Assembly: GCA_046331705.1 (NCBI GenBank) | Contig: JAXLQJ010000071.1 | Location: 1 to 34,095, forward strand | From: a bacterium | GTDB taxonomy: Bacteria > JADJOY01 | Direction of reading: 5' to 3' | DNA: 34,095 nt | Shown here: piece after piece, positions 8,746 to 23,726 of the stretch | How the letters are laid out: each line of letters opens with the position of its first letter | Numbering within the stretch: position 1 is the first letter of the stretch | The notes under the pieces: model-generated | What the model was told of the DNA's origin: nothing | Seen by the model: only the letters and a program-made list of their open reading frames with translations | The model's database searches: none | Position numbers and translations under genes: made by a program

Positions 8746-10027
8746 AGGTGGGCTGGTGATCGATCCCGCGTCGCGGCTCGAAGCGCGGCGCGACGTGGTG
8801 ATCGAGGACGGCAAGATCGCGGCGTTGACCGCGCCGGGCGAGGTTCAGGCGGCGGATGCGCGGATCGACGCCTCCGGTGCGTGGGTCATCCCGGGGCTCG
8901 TGGACATGCACGTCCACCTGCGCGAGCCGGGCGAGGAGCACAAGGAAACCATCGGCAGTGGCACCCGTGCCGCGGCGGCGGGGGGCGTCACCACCGTCGC
9001 CTGCATGGCGAACACGGCGCCGGTCAACGACAACGCGGCGGTCACCGACTACATCCTCCGCAAGGCGCGCACCGAGGGCGTGGTGAACGTGCTGCCGATC
9101 GGCGCCGTGACCCGCGGGCTCAAGGGCGAGGAGCTCGCGGACCTGGGCGAGCTCGCCGAGGCCGGCTGCGTCGCGTTCTCCGACGATGGTCAGCCGGTCA
9201 TGAACTCGCGCCTCGCGCGCCACGCCCTCGAATACGCGCGCTCGTTCGAACGGCTGGTGATCTCGCATTGCGAGGACCGGAACCTCACCCGCGGCGGCGC
9301 GATGAACGAAGGGGAGCTCTCGGTGCGGCTCGGGCTCGGCGGCATGCCGACGGTGGCCGAGGACATCATGGTGGCGCGCGACGTGGCGCTCGCGGCCTAC
9401 ACCGGCTCGCGGGTCCACATCGCGCATCTTTCGACGGCTGGCGCCGTGGACATCGTGCGGCGCGCCAAGCGCTCGGGGATCGCGGTGACCGCGGAGGCGA
9501 CGCCGCATCACTTCACGCTCACCGAGGAAGCCGTGGGGGAGTACGACACTCACGCCAAGATGAACCCGCCGCTGCGCGCGCGACGCGATCGCGAGGCGCT
9601 GCTCGCAGGTCTCGCCGACGGCACCATCGACGCGATCGCCACCGATCACGCGCCCCACGACGCCACTTGCAAGCACGTCGAGTTCGGCCTCGCCGCGTTC
9701 GGCATCGTCGGGCTCGAGACCGTCGTGCCGCTCACGCTGGAGCTGGTGCGCACGGGCGTGCTCACGCGCCTGCGGGCGATCGAGCTCTTGGCGCTGGGCG
9801 CGGCTCGGGTGCTGGGAGTCGCGAAAGGGACGCTGGCGGTGGGTGCCGAGGCCGACCTGGTGATCGTGGACCCCGAGCGCGAATGGGTGGTGCCGGTGGA
9901 CGGGCTCAAGAGCAAGTCGCGCAACAGCCCCTTCACCGACTGGAAGCTGCGCGGGCAAGTGCTCACGACGCTGGTGGGCGGACGCGTGGTGCACGCGCTC
10001 GCGCCCGCAGACGTGGAGCCGGCGTGA
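8729..10027 (+). CDS. pyrC: Dihydroorotase (multifunctional-complex type)
   Basis: [39 protein letters not shown]. Confidence 0.95.
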   Translation: MRLVVEGGLVIDPASRLEARRDVVIEDGKIAALTAPGEVQAADARIDASGAWVIPGLVDMHVHLREPGEEHKETIGSGTRAAAAGGVTTVACMANTAPVNDNAAVTDYILRKARTEGVVNVLPIGAVTRGLKGEELADLGELAEAGCVAFSDDGQPVMNSRLARHALEYARSFERLVISHCEDRNLTRGGAMNEGELSVRLGLGGMPTVAEDIMVARDVALAAYTGSRVHIAHLSTAGAVDIVRRAKRSGIAVTAEATPHHFTLTEEAVGEYDTHAKMNPPLRARRDREALLAGLADGTIDAIATDHAPHDATCKHVEFGLAAFGIVGLETVVPLTLELVRTGVLTRLRAIELLALGAARVLGVAKGTLAVGAEADLVIVDPEREWVVPVDGLKSKSRNSPFTDWKLRGQVLTTLVGGRVVHALAPADVEPA

Positions 10028-10044
10028 AGGGAAAGGGAAAACCG

Positions 10045-11193
10045 ATGACGCGGGCGAACCGCCCACTCAAGCTGGCGCTGGCCGACGGCACGGTCCTCGA
10101 AGGTCGGGGATTCGGCGCCGAGATCGAGTCCGGCGGAGAGCTGGTCTTCAACACCGGCCTGACCGGCTATCAGGAGGTGCTGACCGACCCCTCCTATCGT
10201 GGACAGATCGTCGCGATGACGTACCCACACATCGGCAACGTGGGCGTGAACCCCGAAGACATGGAGTCCTCGAAGGTCCACCTCGCGGGCTTCGTGGTTC
10301 ACGAGCTGAGCCCGGTGGCGAGCAACTGGCGCTCGCGCCAGGACCTCGACTCGTGGCTCGCCGAGCAGGGCGTGGTCGGCATCGAGGGCATCGACACCCG
10401 CAGCCTGACGCGCAAGCTGCGTGAATCGGGCTGCCTGATGGCGGTGATCGGCTCCGGCTCGGAGTCGGGCGACACGCTCGTGGATCGCGCTCGCGCGCTA
10501 CCGGGGCTCGAGGGGCGCGATCTGGTCGCGGAGGTGACCGCGCCGGCCGTGTTCCCGTGGACGCAAGGGGGCTGGGAGCTCGGTCGCGGCTACGTCGAGG
10601 CGAGCGGCGGCATGGATGCGGCGCCGCACGTGGTCGCGTTCGACTTCGGCATCAAGTACAACATCCTGCGCCGGCTGGTCGCAACGGGATTCCGCGTCAC
10701 GGTGGTGCCGGCGAGCACCAGCGCCGATCGGGTGCTGGCCCTCGAGCCGGATGGGATCTTTCTCTCGAACGGTCCAGGCGATCCGGCGGGCGTGCCCTAC
10801 GTGGTGAAGACGGTGCGCGAGCTGATGGGCAAGCGACCGATCTTCGGGATCTGTCTCGGCCACCAGATCCTCGGGCTCGCGCTGGGCGGAGAGACGTACA
10901 AGCTGCGCTTCGGTCACCACGGGATCAACCATCCGGTTCGCGACGAGTCGACGGGCAAGGTGGAGATCACGTCGCAGAACCACAACTTCTGCGTGGACGT
11001 TCGATCGCTCAAGGGCCGCGCGGTGGTGACGCACGTGAACCTCAACGACCAGACCGTGGAAGGGCTCGAGGTCCCGGACGCGAGCTTGTTCTCGGTGCAA
11101 TACCATCCGGAGGCGTCTCCGGGTCCCCACGATGCGGGCTATCTCTTCCGCCGCTTTCTCACCCGAGTCGAGGCGTCGCGAGCGGCCCGCTGA
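10045..11193 (+). CDS. carA: Carbamoyl-phosphate synthase small subunit
   Basis: [49 protein letters not shown]; purine-rich RBS before ATG 10045. Confidence 0.97.
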   Translation: MTRANRPLKLALADGTVLEGRGFGAEIESGGELVFNTGLTGYQEVLTDPSYRGQIVAMTYPHIGNVGVNPEDMESSKVHLAGFVVHELSPVASNWRSRQDLDSWLAEQGVVGIEGIDTRSLTRKLRESGCLMAVIGSGSESGDTLVDRARALPGLEGRDLVAEVTAPAVFPWTQGGWELGRGYVEASGGMDAAPHVVAFDFGIKYNILRRLVATGFRVTVVPASTSADRVLALEPDGIFLSNGPGDPAGVPYVVKTVRELMGKRPIFGICLGHQILGLALGGETYKLRFGHHGINHPVRDESTGKVEITSQNHNFCVDVRSLKGRAVVTHVNLNDQTVEGLEVPDASLFSVQYHPEASPGPHDAGYLFRRFLTRVEASRAAR

Positions 11194-11398
11194 CTCGCCG
11201 GAAGCAGGCGCATCGAGCGATCCCGAGACATGCAGATGGCCACGCCGGCGCGCGCTCGAGGCTTGACTCTGGGCATTCGACCCCCGAGCGTGGCGAGCCG
11301 CCGAGAGGGTTGGCCCTCACGAAAACCACGCTTTTCGCCGGGTGAGGGCTCGAGAAGCCGCCCGGGAAAAACATCGCGACTGAACGAGGAGTGAGTCG

Positions 11399-14300
11399 GT
11401 GCCGCGTCGAGACGACCTGAAGTCGGTGCTGATCCTGGGTTCCGGGCCGATCGTGATCGGCCAGGCCTGCGAGTTCGACTATTCGGGCACGCAAGCCGTG
11501 AAGGCCATCCGCGAGGAAGGCATTCGCGTGGTGCTGCTCAACTCGAACCCCGCCACGATCATGACCGATCCCGAGTTCGCGGATCGAACCTACGTCGAGC
11601 CGCTCACGCCGGAAGTGGTCGAACGCATCCTGGAGATCGAGCGTCCCACGGCGCTCCTGCCCACGCTCGGTGGGCAGACCGCGCTCAATCTGGCGGTGGC
11701 CGTGGCCAAGCGCGGCTCACTGGCGCGGCTCGGCGTCGAGCTCATCGGGGCCACGGTCGAGGTGATCGACAAGGCCGAGGACCGGCAGCTCTTCAAGGAG
11801 GCGATGACGCGCATCGGCCTCGAGGTCCCGCAGAGCCGCTACGTGACGAGCCTCGAGGAGGGGCGGGCGGCGGCGGACGCGCTCGGTTTCCCGGCGATCA
11901 TCCGACCCTCGTTCACGCTCGGCGGATCCGGCGGAAGCATCGCGTTCAATCGCGAGGAGCTGGATCGGCTGGTCGCGTGGGGGCTGCAGGCGAGCCCGGT
12001 TCACTCGGTGCTGATCGAGGAATCGGTGCTCGGCTGGAAGGAGTTCGAGCTCGAGGTGATGCGCGACCGGAAGGACAACGTCGTCATCGTCTGCTCGATC
12101 GAGAACTTCGACCCGATGGGGGTCCACACCGGCGACTCGATCACGGTGGCGCCGGCGCAGACGCTCACCGACAAGGAGTACCAGGGGCTGCGCGACGCGG
12201 CGATCCGAATCATCCGCGAGATCGGCGTCGAGACCGGTGGCTCGAACATCCAGTTCGCGGTGTCGCCCGAGACCGGCCGGGTGGTGGTGATCGAGATGAA
12301 CCCGCGGGTGTCGCGCTCCTCGGCGCTGGCGTCGAAGGCCACCGGATTCCCGATCGCGAAGATCGCCGCGAAGCTCGCCATCGGCTACACGCTCGACGAG
12401 ATCCCGAACGACATCACGCGCGAGACGCCGGCCTGCTTCGAGCCCACCATCGATTACGTGGTGACCAAGATCCCGCGTTTCGCCTTCGAGAAGTTTCCCG
12501 GCGCCAAGCCCGACCTCGGCCCGCAGATGAAGTCGGTGGGCGAGGCGATGGCGATGGGGCGGACCTTCAAGGAATCGCTGTCGAAGGCCGTGCAGTCACT
12601 CGAGATCGGCCGCCTCAAGCTCACCGGCCCCGACGATTCGCCCATCGCGCTCGAGACGCGATTGCGCGAGCCGCAGGCCGACCGGCTGTGGGCGATCGCC
12701 GAGGCGATGGCCGAAGGCATGAGCCTCGAGCGCATCCACGAGCTCACCGCGATCGATCCGTGGTTCCTGGATCAGATGCTCGCCGTGGTCGTGGCCGAGA
12801 CCTCGCTCGCGACCGCCGGCAACGTACCGATCGAGCGCGCGACCGCCGACGAGCTGCGCGGCTGGAAGGCGCTCGGGCTCTCCGACGTGGTCATCGCCGA
12901 GCGGCTGGGTTGCTCGGCTGCCGAGGTGCGCGCGCGCCGCAAGGCGCTGGGGGTCGAGCCGACCTTCCTGCGGGTGGACACCTGCGCTGCCGAGTTCGAG
13001 GCGCACACGCCGTATCTCTACTCGACCTACGAGGACCGCTGCGAGGCACAGCCGACCGACCGCAAGAAGGTGATGATCCTGGGCGGCGGCCCGAACCGGA
13101 TCGGGCAGGGCATCGAGTTCGACTATTGCTGCGTGCACGCGGCGTTCGCGCTTCGCGAGGACGGGTTCGAGACCATCATGGTCAACTGCAACCCGGAGAC
13201 CGTGAGCACCGACTACGACACCTCGGACCGCCTCTATTTCGAGCCGCTCACCTTCGAGCACGTGATGAACATCGTCGACCGCGAGCGGCCGAGCGGTGTG
13301 ATCGTCCAGTTCGGTGGGCAGACGCCGCTCAGGCTCGCGGTGGCGCTCGAGAAGGCGGGCGTCCCGATCGTCGGGACGTCGCCGGACTCGATCGATCGCG
13401 CCGAGGACCGCGAGCGCTTCCACGAGCTGCTCGAGCGCTTGCGGCTGGATCAGCCGCCGGGCGGAACGGCGCGCTCGCGCGACGAGGCGCTGGCGGTCGC
13501 GGACGGGCTCGGCTACCCCGTGCTGGTGCGGCCGTCGTACGTGCTCGGCGGCCGCGCGATGACGATCGTCTACGAGCGGCGCAACCTCGAGCGCTTCATG
13601 CAGGAGGCGATCCGCGCGGCACCCGAGCATCCGGTGCTGATCGACCATTTCCTGGAGGACGCGATCGAGGTCGACGTCGACGCGATCTGCGACGGCAAGG
13701 ACGTCTTCGTCGCCGGCGTGCTCGAGCACATCGAGCACGCGGGCGTGCACTCCGGTGACAGCGCCATGTGCCTGCCGCCGCACTCGCTGCCGCCTTCGGT
13801 GGTGGCCGAGGTCGAGCGTCAGACCCGGGCGCTCGCCCTCGAGCTGGGCGTGCGCGGCCTGATGAACGTTCAGTTCGCGATCCAGGGCGAGCGGATCTTC
13901 ATCCTCGAGGTGAACCCGCGCGCCTCGCGCACCGTGCCGTTCATCAGCAAGGCGATCGGCATCCCGCTGGCGAAGGTCGCGGCGCGGATCATGCTGGGCC
14001 AATCGCTGGCCGCGCAGGGAATCGGCGAGCGGCCGACGCTCGCGCATGCGTTCGTGAAGGAGTCGGTCTTCCCGTTCGTGAAGTTCCCCGGGGTCGACAC
14101 GTTGCTCGGCCCCGAGATGCGTTCCACCGGCGAGGTGATGGGGATCGGCAAGAGCTTCCCGCTCGCCTTCGCCAAGGCCCAGCTCGGCGCCGGCAGCCTC
14201 TTGCCGCGCGGCGGCACCGTGTTCGTGAGCGTGCGCGACGAGGACAAGCCCGGGCTGGTGGCGACCGCGCGCAAGCTTCAGGCGCGGGGCTTCAAGATCA

Positions 14301-14635
14301 TCGCGACGGGCGGCACCCAGGAATACCTGGCCGCGCAGGGCGTCGACGCCGTGCGCGTGAACAAGGTCACCGAGGCGCGTCCGCACGTCGTCGACGCGAT
14401 CCGGGATGGACGCGTCGATCTGGTCATCAACACACCGCAGGGAGGGCAGTCCCTCGCGGACAGCTTCTCGATCCGGCGCACCGCGCTCGAGCGAGGAATT
14501 CCACTCGTCACGAGCCTGACCGCCGCCCATGCCACCGCCGACGCCATCGAGGCGCTCGAGCGAGGCGAGCAGGGCGTGGTCGCGCTGCAGGACTTGCACG
14601 CGGTGCTCGGCAACGCACGTTCCGGAGGACGGTGA
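11399..14635 (+). CDS. carB: Carbamoyl-phosphate synthase large subunit
   Basis: [47 protein letters not shown]-terminal MGS domain. Confidence 0.98.
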   Translation: MPRRDDLKSVLILGSGPIVIGQACEFDYSGTQAVKAIREEGIRVVLLNSNPATIMTDPEFADRTYVEPLTPEVVERILEIERPTALLPTLGGQTALNLAVAVAKRGSLARLGVELIGATVEVIDKAEDRQLFKEAMTRIGLEVPQSRYVTSLEEGRAAADALGFPAIIRPSFTLGGSGGSIAFNREELDRLVAWGLQASPVHSVLIEESVLGWKEFELEVMRDRKDNVVIVCSIENFDPMGVHTGDSITVAPAQTLTDKEYQGLRDAAIRIIREIGVETGGSNIQFAVSPETGRVVVIEMNPRVSRSSALASKATGFPIAKIAAKLAIGYTLDEIPNDITRETPACFEPTIDYVVTKIPRFAFEKFPGAKPDLGPQMKSVGEAMAMGRTFKESLSKAVQSLEIGRLKLTGPDDSPIALETRLREPQADRLWAIAEAMAEGMSLERIHELTAIDPWFLDQMLAVVVAETSLATAGNVPIERATADELRGWKALGLSDVVIAERLGCSAAEVRARRKALGVEPTFLRVDTCAAEFEAHTPYLYSTYEDRCEAQPTDRKKVMILGGGPNRIGQGIEFDYCCVHAAFALREDGFETIMVNCNPETVSTDYDTSDRLYFEPLTFEHVMNIVDRERPSGVIVQFGGQTPLRLAVALEKAGVPIVGTSPDSIDRAEDRERFHELLERLRLDQPPGGTARSRDEALAVADGLGYPVLVRPSYVLGGRAMTIVYERRNLERFMQEAIRAAPEHPVLIDHFLEDAIEVDVDAICDGKDVFVAGVLEHIEHAGVHSGDSAMCLPPHSLPPSVVAEVERQTRALALELGVRGLMNVQFAIQGERIFILEVNPRASRTVPFISKAIGIPLAKVAARIMLGQSLAAQGIGERPTLAHAFVKESVFPFVKFPGVDTLLGPEMRSTGEVMGIGKSFPLAFAKAQLGAGSLLPRGGTVFVSVRDEDKPGLVATARKLQARGFKIIATGGTQEYLAAQGVDAVRVNKVTEARPHVVDAIRDGRVDLVINTPQGGQSLADSFSIRRTALERGIPLVTSLTAAHATADAIEALERGEQGVVALQDLHAVLGNARSGGR

Positions 14636-15114
14636 TGGCGGATGGAAAGGTTCCGATGACGCCCGAGGGCCACGAGGCCCTCAAGCGCGAGCTGCAACGC
14701 CTCAAGTCGGAGGAGCGGCCGCGGGTGATCCGTGCCATCGAGGAGGCGCGTGGGCACGGTGATCTCTCGGAGAACGCCGAGTACGACGCGGCGAAAGAGC
14801 GCCAGGGCTTCATCGAGGCGCGAATCCGCGACCTCGACGACAAGCTCGCCCGCGCCGAGGTCATCGATCCCAGCAAGCACAAGGGAGAGCGGGTGGTGTT
14901 CGGCGCCACGGTGCACCTCGAGGACATGGCGAGCGGCGATCGCGTGACGTATCGCATCGTCGGCGAGGACGAGGCGGACCTCGCGGTGGGGAAGATCTCC
15001 GTCACCTCGCCGGTGGCGCGAGCGTTGATCGGATCCGAGGAAGGTGACGAGGTGACGGTGCGCGTGCCGAGCGGAACCCGCAAGCTCGGCATCCTGAAGA
15101 TCGAGTTCGTGTGA
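14635..15114 (+). CDS. greA: Transcription elongation factor GreA
   Basis: [42 protein letters not shown] overlaps carB stop. Confidence 0.96.
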   Translation: MADGKVPMTPEGHEALKRELQRLKSEERPRVIRAIEEARGHGDLSENAEYDAAKERQGFIEARIRDLDDKLARAEVIDPSKHKGERVVFGATVHLEDMASGDRVTYRIVGEDEADLAVGKISVTSPVARALIGSEEGDEVTVRVPSGTRKLGILKIEFV

Positions 15115-15159
15115 GACGCGGGATGGGACCATCGTGCGCGCACTGCCGCGGCGAGTCGC

Positions 15160-15189
15160 TTGAAAGGCCGCGGCGGCGTGCAATAGCTT
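15160..15189 (+). promoter_or_regulatory. Possible sigma70-type promoter for the aminotransferase-hom-glpX operon
   Basis: TTGAAA (15160-15165), 18-nt spacer, TAGCTT (15184-15189) in the intergenic gap. Confidence 0.4.
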
Positions 15190-15273
15190 GGGTCTGAATC
15201 CTCGGAAGCGTGCGCATGCCGGCCGCGATGTGCGCGGCCGGCTTGGCTTTTCCGGGGCCGAACGAGGACTGCA

Positions 15274-16490
15274 ATGACGGATTTTCCACGCATCGACCGC
15301 CTGCCGACCTACGTCTTCGCGGAGGTCAACGACCTCAAGATGAAGGCCCGTCGACGCGGCGAGGACATCATCGATCTCGGGATGGGGAACCCGGATCAGC
15401 CCACGCCCCAGCACATCGTGGACAAGCTGATCGAGGCGGCCGCCAAGGGACGCAACAATCGCTACTCGATCTCGCGCGGCATCCCGAATCTGAGGCGGGC
15501 GATCGCCGAGCATTACGAGGAGCAATACGGCGTCCAGATCGACGCCGAGACCGAGGCCATCGCCACGATGGGCGCCAAGGAGGGTCTCTTCCACCTGATC
15601 CTCGCCGGTACCGGCCCGGGCGACGCCGTGCTCGTGCCCACGCCCAACTACCCGATTCACAGCTACGCGGCGGTGATCGCCGGCGCCGAGCTGGTGACCG
15701 TGCCGCTGCTCGCGGGCGTGGACGACTTCTTCGACCGGCTGCGCAGCGCCTTCGAGCGCCATTGGCCGCGCCCCAAGTTCGTGATCCTCTCGTTCCCGAA
15801 CAACCCGACCACGAAGGTCGTGGATCTCGATTTCTTCGAGCGCGTGGTGCGCTTCGCCACCGACCAGAAGACCTGGGTGATCCACGATTTCGCGTACGCG
15901 GATCTCGGTTTCGACGGCTACCGGCCGCCCAGCTTCCTGCAGGTCCCGGGTGCGAAGAAGGTCGGTGTCGAGTTCTACTCGCTCTCGAAGAGCTTCAACA
16001 TGCCGGGCTGGCGCGTCGCCTTCTGCCTCGGCAACCGTGAGCTCGTCGGCGTCCTGGGGCGGCTCAAGAGCTACATCGATTACGGGATCTACCAGCCAGT
16101 CCAGATCGCCGCGACGGTGGCGCTGCGCGGCCCGAAGGAATGCATCACCGAGATCTGCGAGCTCTACCGTCACCGCCGCGACGTCCTCATCCAGGGCCTC
16201 GCGCGGGCCGGGTGGGCGGTCGAGCCGCCCAAGGCCACGATGTTCGTGTGGGCGCCGATCCCGGCGCAGTACCAGGCCTTGGGCAGCGTCGAGTTCGCCA
16301 AGCTGCTGCTGCGCGAGGCGAAGGTGGCGGTGTCGCCAGGGGTCGGATTCGGGCCCGACGGCGAGGGCTTCGTGCGCTTCGCCCTGGTCGAGAACGACCA
16401 GCGGACGCGCCAGGCCACGCGCAGCATCCGCGCGATGTTCCAGGGCACGGTGGTCGACGCGGAGGCGCCGCTTTCCGTCGGGGCCAGTGC

Positions 16491-16494
<4 letters not shown>
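15274..16494 (+). CDS. alaC: Class I PLP aminotransferase, AlaC-like
   Basis: [51 protein letters not shown] (PLP Lys), KSYIDYG; adjacent to hom. Confidence 0.8.
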
Positions 16495-17788
<1,294 letters not shown>

Positions 17789-17792
<4 letters not shown>

Positions 17793-18772
17793 GACGCACG
17801 CTCGCGCTCGAGCTGGTTCACGCGACCGAGTCGGCGGCGATCGCCGCGGCCCGCAGGATGGGACGCGGCGAGGAGCAAGCGACGTTCCTCGCCGCATTCG
17901 AGGCGATGCACGCCGCGCTGGCCGCTGCGCGCATCCCGGGGCACGTGGTGGTGGGTCCGGCGGAAGCCGACGTCCCGCACGAGCTCGAGCTGGGTGGCGA
18001 TCGCGACGGCGCGAACGACGCCGAGGGAGACGGACGCGTCGAGCTCACCGCGATCCCGCTCGAGGGTACCGGTGCGTGCGCCGCTGGCGACCCCAACGCG
18101 CTCAGCGTGGTGGTGGCCACCGGCGCGGGTGCCACGCGCCGCGTACCAGCGGTCTACATGGACAAGATCGCGGTGCGCCCCGGTGCCGTGGGCGTGGTCG
18201 ACATCACCGCGCCGCCTGCCGAGAACTTGAATCGGATCGCCAAGGCGCTCGGCACCCGGGTCGCCGAGCTCACGGTGGCGATCCTGGACCGACCTCGGCA
18301 TCGCGATCTCATTCGCAAGGTCCGCGAGTGCGGAGCCCGCATCCGGCTCATCAAGGACGGCGACGTGAGCGCCGCGCTCGCGACGCTGATTCCGAGCTCG
18401 GGCATCGATGTCCTGCTGGGGATCGGCGGCGCCCTCCAGGGGATGATCGCCGCGACCGCGTTGCGCTGCGGGGGCGGAGACATCCAGGCGCGTTTCCTCG
18501 CCGCGGACGCCGAGGAGCGCGCCGCCATCGAGGCCGCGGGCTTCGGCGGTCCGGAAACCATCCTCACTCCCGACAGCTTCTCGACCGGCGACGCCATCGT
18601 GGCGGCAACCGGCGTCACGCTCGGCGACGCGTTGCGCGGCGTGCGTCTCTCCGGTGGACGCGCCGTGACCCATTCCATGGTGGTGCGCGGCGAGACCGGA
18701 ACGCTGCGCTTCATCGAGTCCCACGTTCGCCTCGACGCGTTCGATCAATCGCGGGAAGCGGGGCGCTCGTGA
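17789..18772 (+). CDS. glpX: Class II fructose-1,6-bisphosphatase (GlpX) homologue with degenerate metal ligands
   Basis: Full-length GlpX fold motifs (ATESAAIAA, PLEGT, YMDKIAV, LDRPRH, IKDGDV, GIGG, ATGVTLGD) but acidic metal ligands are substituted. Confidence 0.85.
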
Positions 18773-18915
18773 GCGTCCCGGGCGGTCCCGGGTTGCCGGC
18801 ACGAACGGCCGAGGTGCCCGGTCCCGCGCCCCGGCGACACGGGCGCGGATCGCAGCGCTCGGACCGCCGAGGCCCCGGCTGTTGCGCGGTTCGGGCGGCG
18901 CGACGCATCGAATGC

Positions 18916-18945
18916 TTGCGGCGCTCGGAAACGCGGAGATAAAGT
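18916..18945 (+). promoter_or_regulatory. Possible sigma70-type promoter for the J-protein/dnaK unit
   Basis: TTGCGG (18916-18921), 18-nt spacer, TAAAGT (18940-18945). Confidence 0.3.
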
Positions 18946-18973
18946 CACCCGTCTGCCTGTCGACTCCCCCTGC

Positions 18974-20248
18974 ATGGTCATCATCTGCCCGAACTGCAAC
19001 GCGCGATTTCGGATCGATACTTCCGGAATCAAGCTCGAACGTTTCAAAGTCCGCTGTCCGAAGTGCTCCGACGCGATCGTCGTCGAGAATCCTCCCGAGG
19101 TGGAGGTCCCGGTGGCGCTCGAGGACGGTGGCTCGGCCGCGCCCACTCCCGTGCGCGCACCGGCGCCGAGCGCCCCGCCAGCCGCCGCTGCGGCGCCAGG
19201 TCGTGAGGACGTCGAGCCGAGCACCCGTGCGCTCGGCACGGTGGAGGACGAGCCGCCCACCGATCGCGTGGGGGCACCACCGGACGACGAGTCCGACCGC
19301 ACGCGAACCGCGGAGATCGACCCGCGCTGGGCGGAAGAGCCGAGCACGGACGATCTGCTCGCGAGCTCGGCGGCCGCCACGCCCGCCGCACCGCAGCCGG
19401 ATGGGAACGTGCGGATCGCGACTCGCCGGAAGGACACCGGTCCGGTCACGGGCGCCGTCGAGGCCGAAGAGCGCACCAAGGAGCCGAAGGACACGATCGA
19501 GGGCGTGCGCGCGGAGCTGAACGAGCGCTTCGACGCGCTGATGAAGCAGAACTACTTCGAGCTCTTGAGCGTCACGAAGGACGCCGCGGCCGACGAGGTC
19601 AAGGCGGCCTACTTCAAGCTCGCGAAGAAGTACCACCCCGATCGTTACGTCTCGCACTTCTCGGACGAGGAGATGCGCCGCCTTCTCGAGGTCTCCTCGC
19701 GTCTCAACCTGGCGTTCAACGAGCTGCGCGACCCCGATCGGCACAAGCAGTACGTCCTCAAGATCACCCAGCCGGAACGCTACGAGAAGCAGCAGAGCGC
19801 CAATCGGGTGATGGAAGCGATGATGCAGTACGAGAAGGGCAAGGTGCTCTTCAACAAGCAGAACTTCCCCGAGGCGCTCAAGTGCTTCGAGTGGGCGATC
19901 GAGCTGCACGCCACCGAGGCCGAGTACCACTACATGGTGGGGCAAGCCTGCCTGCGCGCCAGCGAAGGCGTGAAGCCGGACTACGAACGAATCCTTTCCG
20001 CGCTCGAGAAGGCCGCGGATCTGCAGCCGCAGACGGCCAAGTACCACCTGGGCTTGGGCTACTACTGGAAGCTGCGGGGCGAGACCAAGCGCGCCATGCG
20101 CTACTTCAAGAACGTGAAGGAGCTCGACCCCAAGCACCACGAAGCGAACCGCGAGATCCGGCTCTATCTGGACCGCAAGCGCAAGGCAGAGGAGAAGGAG
20201 TCCGCGTCCGGGAAGCTCAAGAAGCTTTTCGGCTCCGGAAAGAAGTAG
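18974..20248 (+). CDS. Zinc-ribbon (MJ0042-type) + disordered linker + DnaJ J-domain + TPR protein
   Basis: CPNC...VRCPKC at N-terminus; Pro/Ala/acidic linker; NYFELL..VKAAYFKLAKKYHPD..LNLAFNELRDP; TPR-like helices at C-terminus. Confidence 0.88.
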   Translation: MVIICPNCNARFRIDTSGIKLERFKVRCPKCSDAIVVENPPEVEVPVALEDGGSAAPTPVRAPAPSAPPAAAAAPGREDVEPSTRALGTVEDEPPTDRVGAPPDDESDRTRTAEIDPRWAEEPSTDDLLASSAAATPAAPQPDGNVRIATRRKDTGPVTGAVEAEERTKEPKDTIEGVRAELNERFDALMKQNYFELLSVTKDAAADEVKAAYFKLAKKYHPDRYVSHFSDEEMRRLLEVSSRLNLAFNELRDPDRHKQYVLKITQPERYEKQQSANRVMEAMMQYEKGKVLFNKQNFPEALKCFEWAIELHATEAEYHYMVGQACLRASEGVKPDYERILSALEKAADLQPQTAKYHLGLGYYWKLRGETKRAMRYFKNVKELDPKHHEANREIRLYLDRKRKAEEKESASGKLKKLFGSGKK

Positions 20249-20333
20249 ACATCGGGATCGGGCGTCGGACCACGCTCGCGGCGTGGTCCGCGGCAGTGCT
20301 CGACGGCGTCCGCGTTAGCGAAAAGGGCTGGGG

Positions 20334-22127
<1,794 letters not shown>

Positions 22128-22242
22128 AGCACGCGCGACGCGGACTTCGACCACGCCGTCTCCACGACCGCGCGTCGTGGAGACGCTCAACGATCACTGC
22201 ACCCCGGGCACGGCCTGCCGCCGCGCTCGTCCGGAGGCGGTC

Positions 22243-23037
22243 ATGTCGGAAGCCAGCACGTCACCGCTCGTCACGCTCGAACGCCAAGGCGCGATCGCGC
22301 GAATCACCATCCAGCGTCCCAAGGCGTTGAACGCGCTCAACTCGACCGTCCTGCGCGAGCTCGACGCGTGCGTCGCCGAGCTCGAGCGCGATGCGGACAC
22401 GCGAGTCGTGATCGTGTGCGGCTCGGGTGACCGCAGCTTCGTCGCAGGTGCGGACATCGCCGAGATGGTCGGGCTCGGCGCGGAACAGGCGCGCGACTTC
22501 GCGACCCAGGGCCAGCGCGTGTTCTCGCGACTCGAAGCGCTGCCGCAGATGGTGATCGCGGAAGTGCAGGGCTTCGCGCTGGGCGGCGGGCTCGAGCTGG
22601 CGATGGCGTGCGATTGGATGATCGCCTCCTCGAAGGCGCTCTTCGGCCAGCCCGAGATCGATCTCGGGATCATCCCGGGATTCGGTGGAACACAGCGGCT
22701 GTCACGGCGAATCGGCGCGGCGCGCGCACGCGACCTCATCGCCACCGGTCGGCGCATCGGTGCGGAGGAAGCGCGCAGCATCGGCCTCGTCGATCAGGTG
22801 CACGCACCGGAGGCGTTGCGCGGCGCCGTCGAGGCGCTGGCGGCGACGCTGGCGGCGAAGGCACCGCTGGCGCTGCGCGCGGCCAAGCGCGCGATCGCCG
22901 AGGGCGTCGACACGGATCTCGCCTCGGGGCTCGCGATCGAGGCGCGCTCGTTCGGCGACTGCTTCGGCACCGAGGACGCGCGCGAAGGGCTGCGCGCGTT
23001 TCTCGAGAAGCGCCCCGCCGAGTTCCGCGGACGCTGA
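22243..23037 (+). CDS. Enoyl-CoA hydratase (crotonase family)
   Basis: RPKALNALN, FVAGADIAEM, GFALGGGLELAMACD, GQPEIDLGIIPGFGGTQRL (both catalytic Glu present). Confidence 0.93.
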   Translation: MSEASTSPLVTLERQGAIARITIQRPKALNALNSTVLRELDACVAELERDADTRVVIVCGSGDRSFVAGADIAEMVGLGAEQARDFATQGQRVFSRLEALPQMVIAEVQGFALGGGLELAMACDWMIASSKALFGQPEIDLGIIPGFGGTQRLSRRIGAARARDLIATGRRIGAEEARSIGLVDQVHAPEALRGAVEALAATLAAKAPLALRAAKRAIAEGVDTDLASGLAIEARSFGDCFGTEDAREGLRAFLEKRPAEFRGR

Positions 23038-23109
23038 CGGAGCCGCCGCGGCGCGCGTCCACAGAGGCGGTGAGCCGCGATTCACCGCGCTCGCTCGAAC
23101 GCGCCGGGC

Positions 23110-23550
23110 TCAGTTGCGGCGACGAATCACCGTCACGGTGCGCATCCGATAGATCGGCGCGCCGTTCTCGTCGGATCCCGTGGTCTCGGTGACGATGAAG
23201 TCCATGGCGCCCGAGCGCCCGGACTTCTCGTAGACGTCGACGAGCTCGGCCTGCACCGTCACGCGATCGCCCGCAACCAGCGGTCGCGCGTAGGAAAATC
23301 GCTGCTCGCCGTGGAGCACGTCGCGCCAGTCGATGGCCAGCGACGCGCGCACGTCGCTCCCCGGGCGCAGCGTGAAGGCGAAGGTCGGTGGCGCAACCAG
23401 CGAGCGGAAGCCGCGGGCGCGCGCCTGCACCTCGTCGTGATAGAGCGGGTTGTGATCGCCAATTGCCTCGGCAAATCGGCGAATTGCGCCCTTCTCGATG
23501 TCGTGCGTCGCCGCTTCGGAGCGCACCCCGCGGACGTTCGGGTCGAGCAT
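23110..23550 (-). CDS. MaoC-like dehydratase N-terminal-type hot-dog protein
   Basis: IRRFAEAIGDHNPLYHD..ARARGFRSLVAPPTF, VLHGEQRFSYARPLVAGD. Confidence 0.85.
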   Translation of the reverse strand: MLDPNVRGVRSEAATHDIEKGAIRRFAEAIGDHNPLYHDEVQARARGFRSLVAPPTFAFTLRPGSDVRASLAIDWRDVLHGEQRFSYARPLVAGDRVTVQAELVDVYEKSGRSGAMDFIVTETTGSDENGAPIYRMRTVTVIRRRN

Positions 23551-23653
23551 TTTCCGCTTCTCCTGGGCACCGCACCGCACCCCTCGTCGGGGGCGCCCCA
23601 GGCTCGAGCCCGCGCCCCCGCAGGAGGACAGTCGTTTTCCCCCAAGTTTTCCG

Positions 23654-23683
23654 TTGCTTACGCCGAACCGTTTCGCTTAAGAT
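23654..23683 (+). promoter_or_regulatory. Possible sigma70-type promoter for ihfA
   Basis: TTGCTT (23654-23659), 18-nt spacer, TAAGAT (23678-23683) in an AT-richer divergent intergenic region. Confidence 0.45.
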
Positions 23684-23726
23684 GCAACGTGCTGGCGGGC
23701 GACGCAAGCGCTCGGCGGGAGGAAGG

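Noticed and set aside
8881-11193. Apparent 770-aa CarA fusion, and similar long N-terminal extensions on ubiA-like, greA, hom, glpX, luxC-like and the flavoprotein
   Set aside because: The extensions are off-frame read-through of upstream genes; real starts lie at RBS-preceded or stop-overlapping codons
20249-20333. CIRCE heat-shock operator before dnaK
   Set aside because: Only a partial TTAGC is present; no TTAGCACTC-N9-GAGTGCTAA inverted repeat
23067-23088. Hairpin between convergent crotonase and MaoC genes as a bidirectional terminator
   Set aside because: Short stem with no U tract on either strand; not enough support
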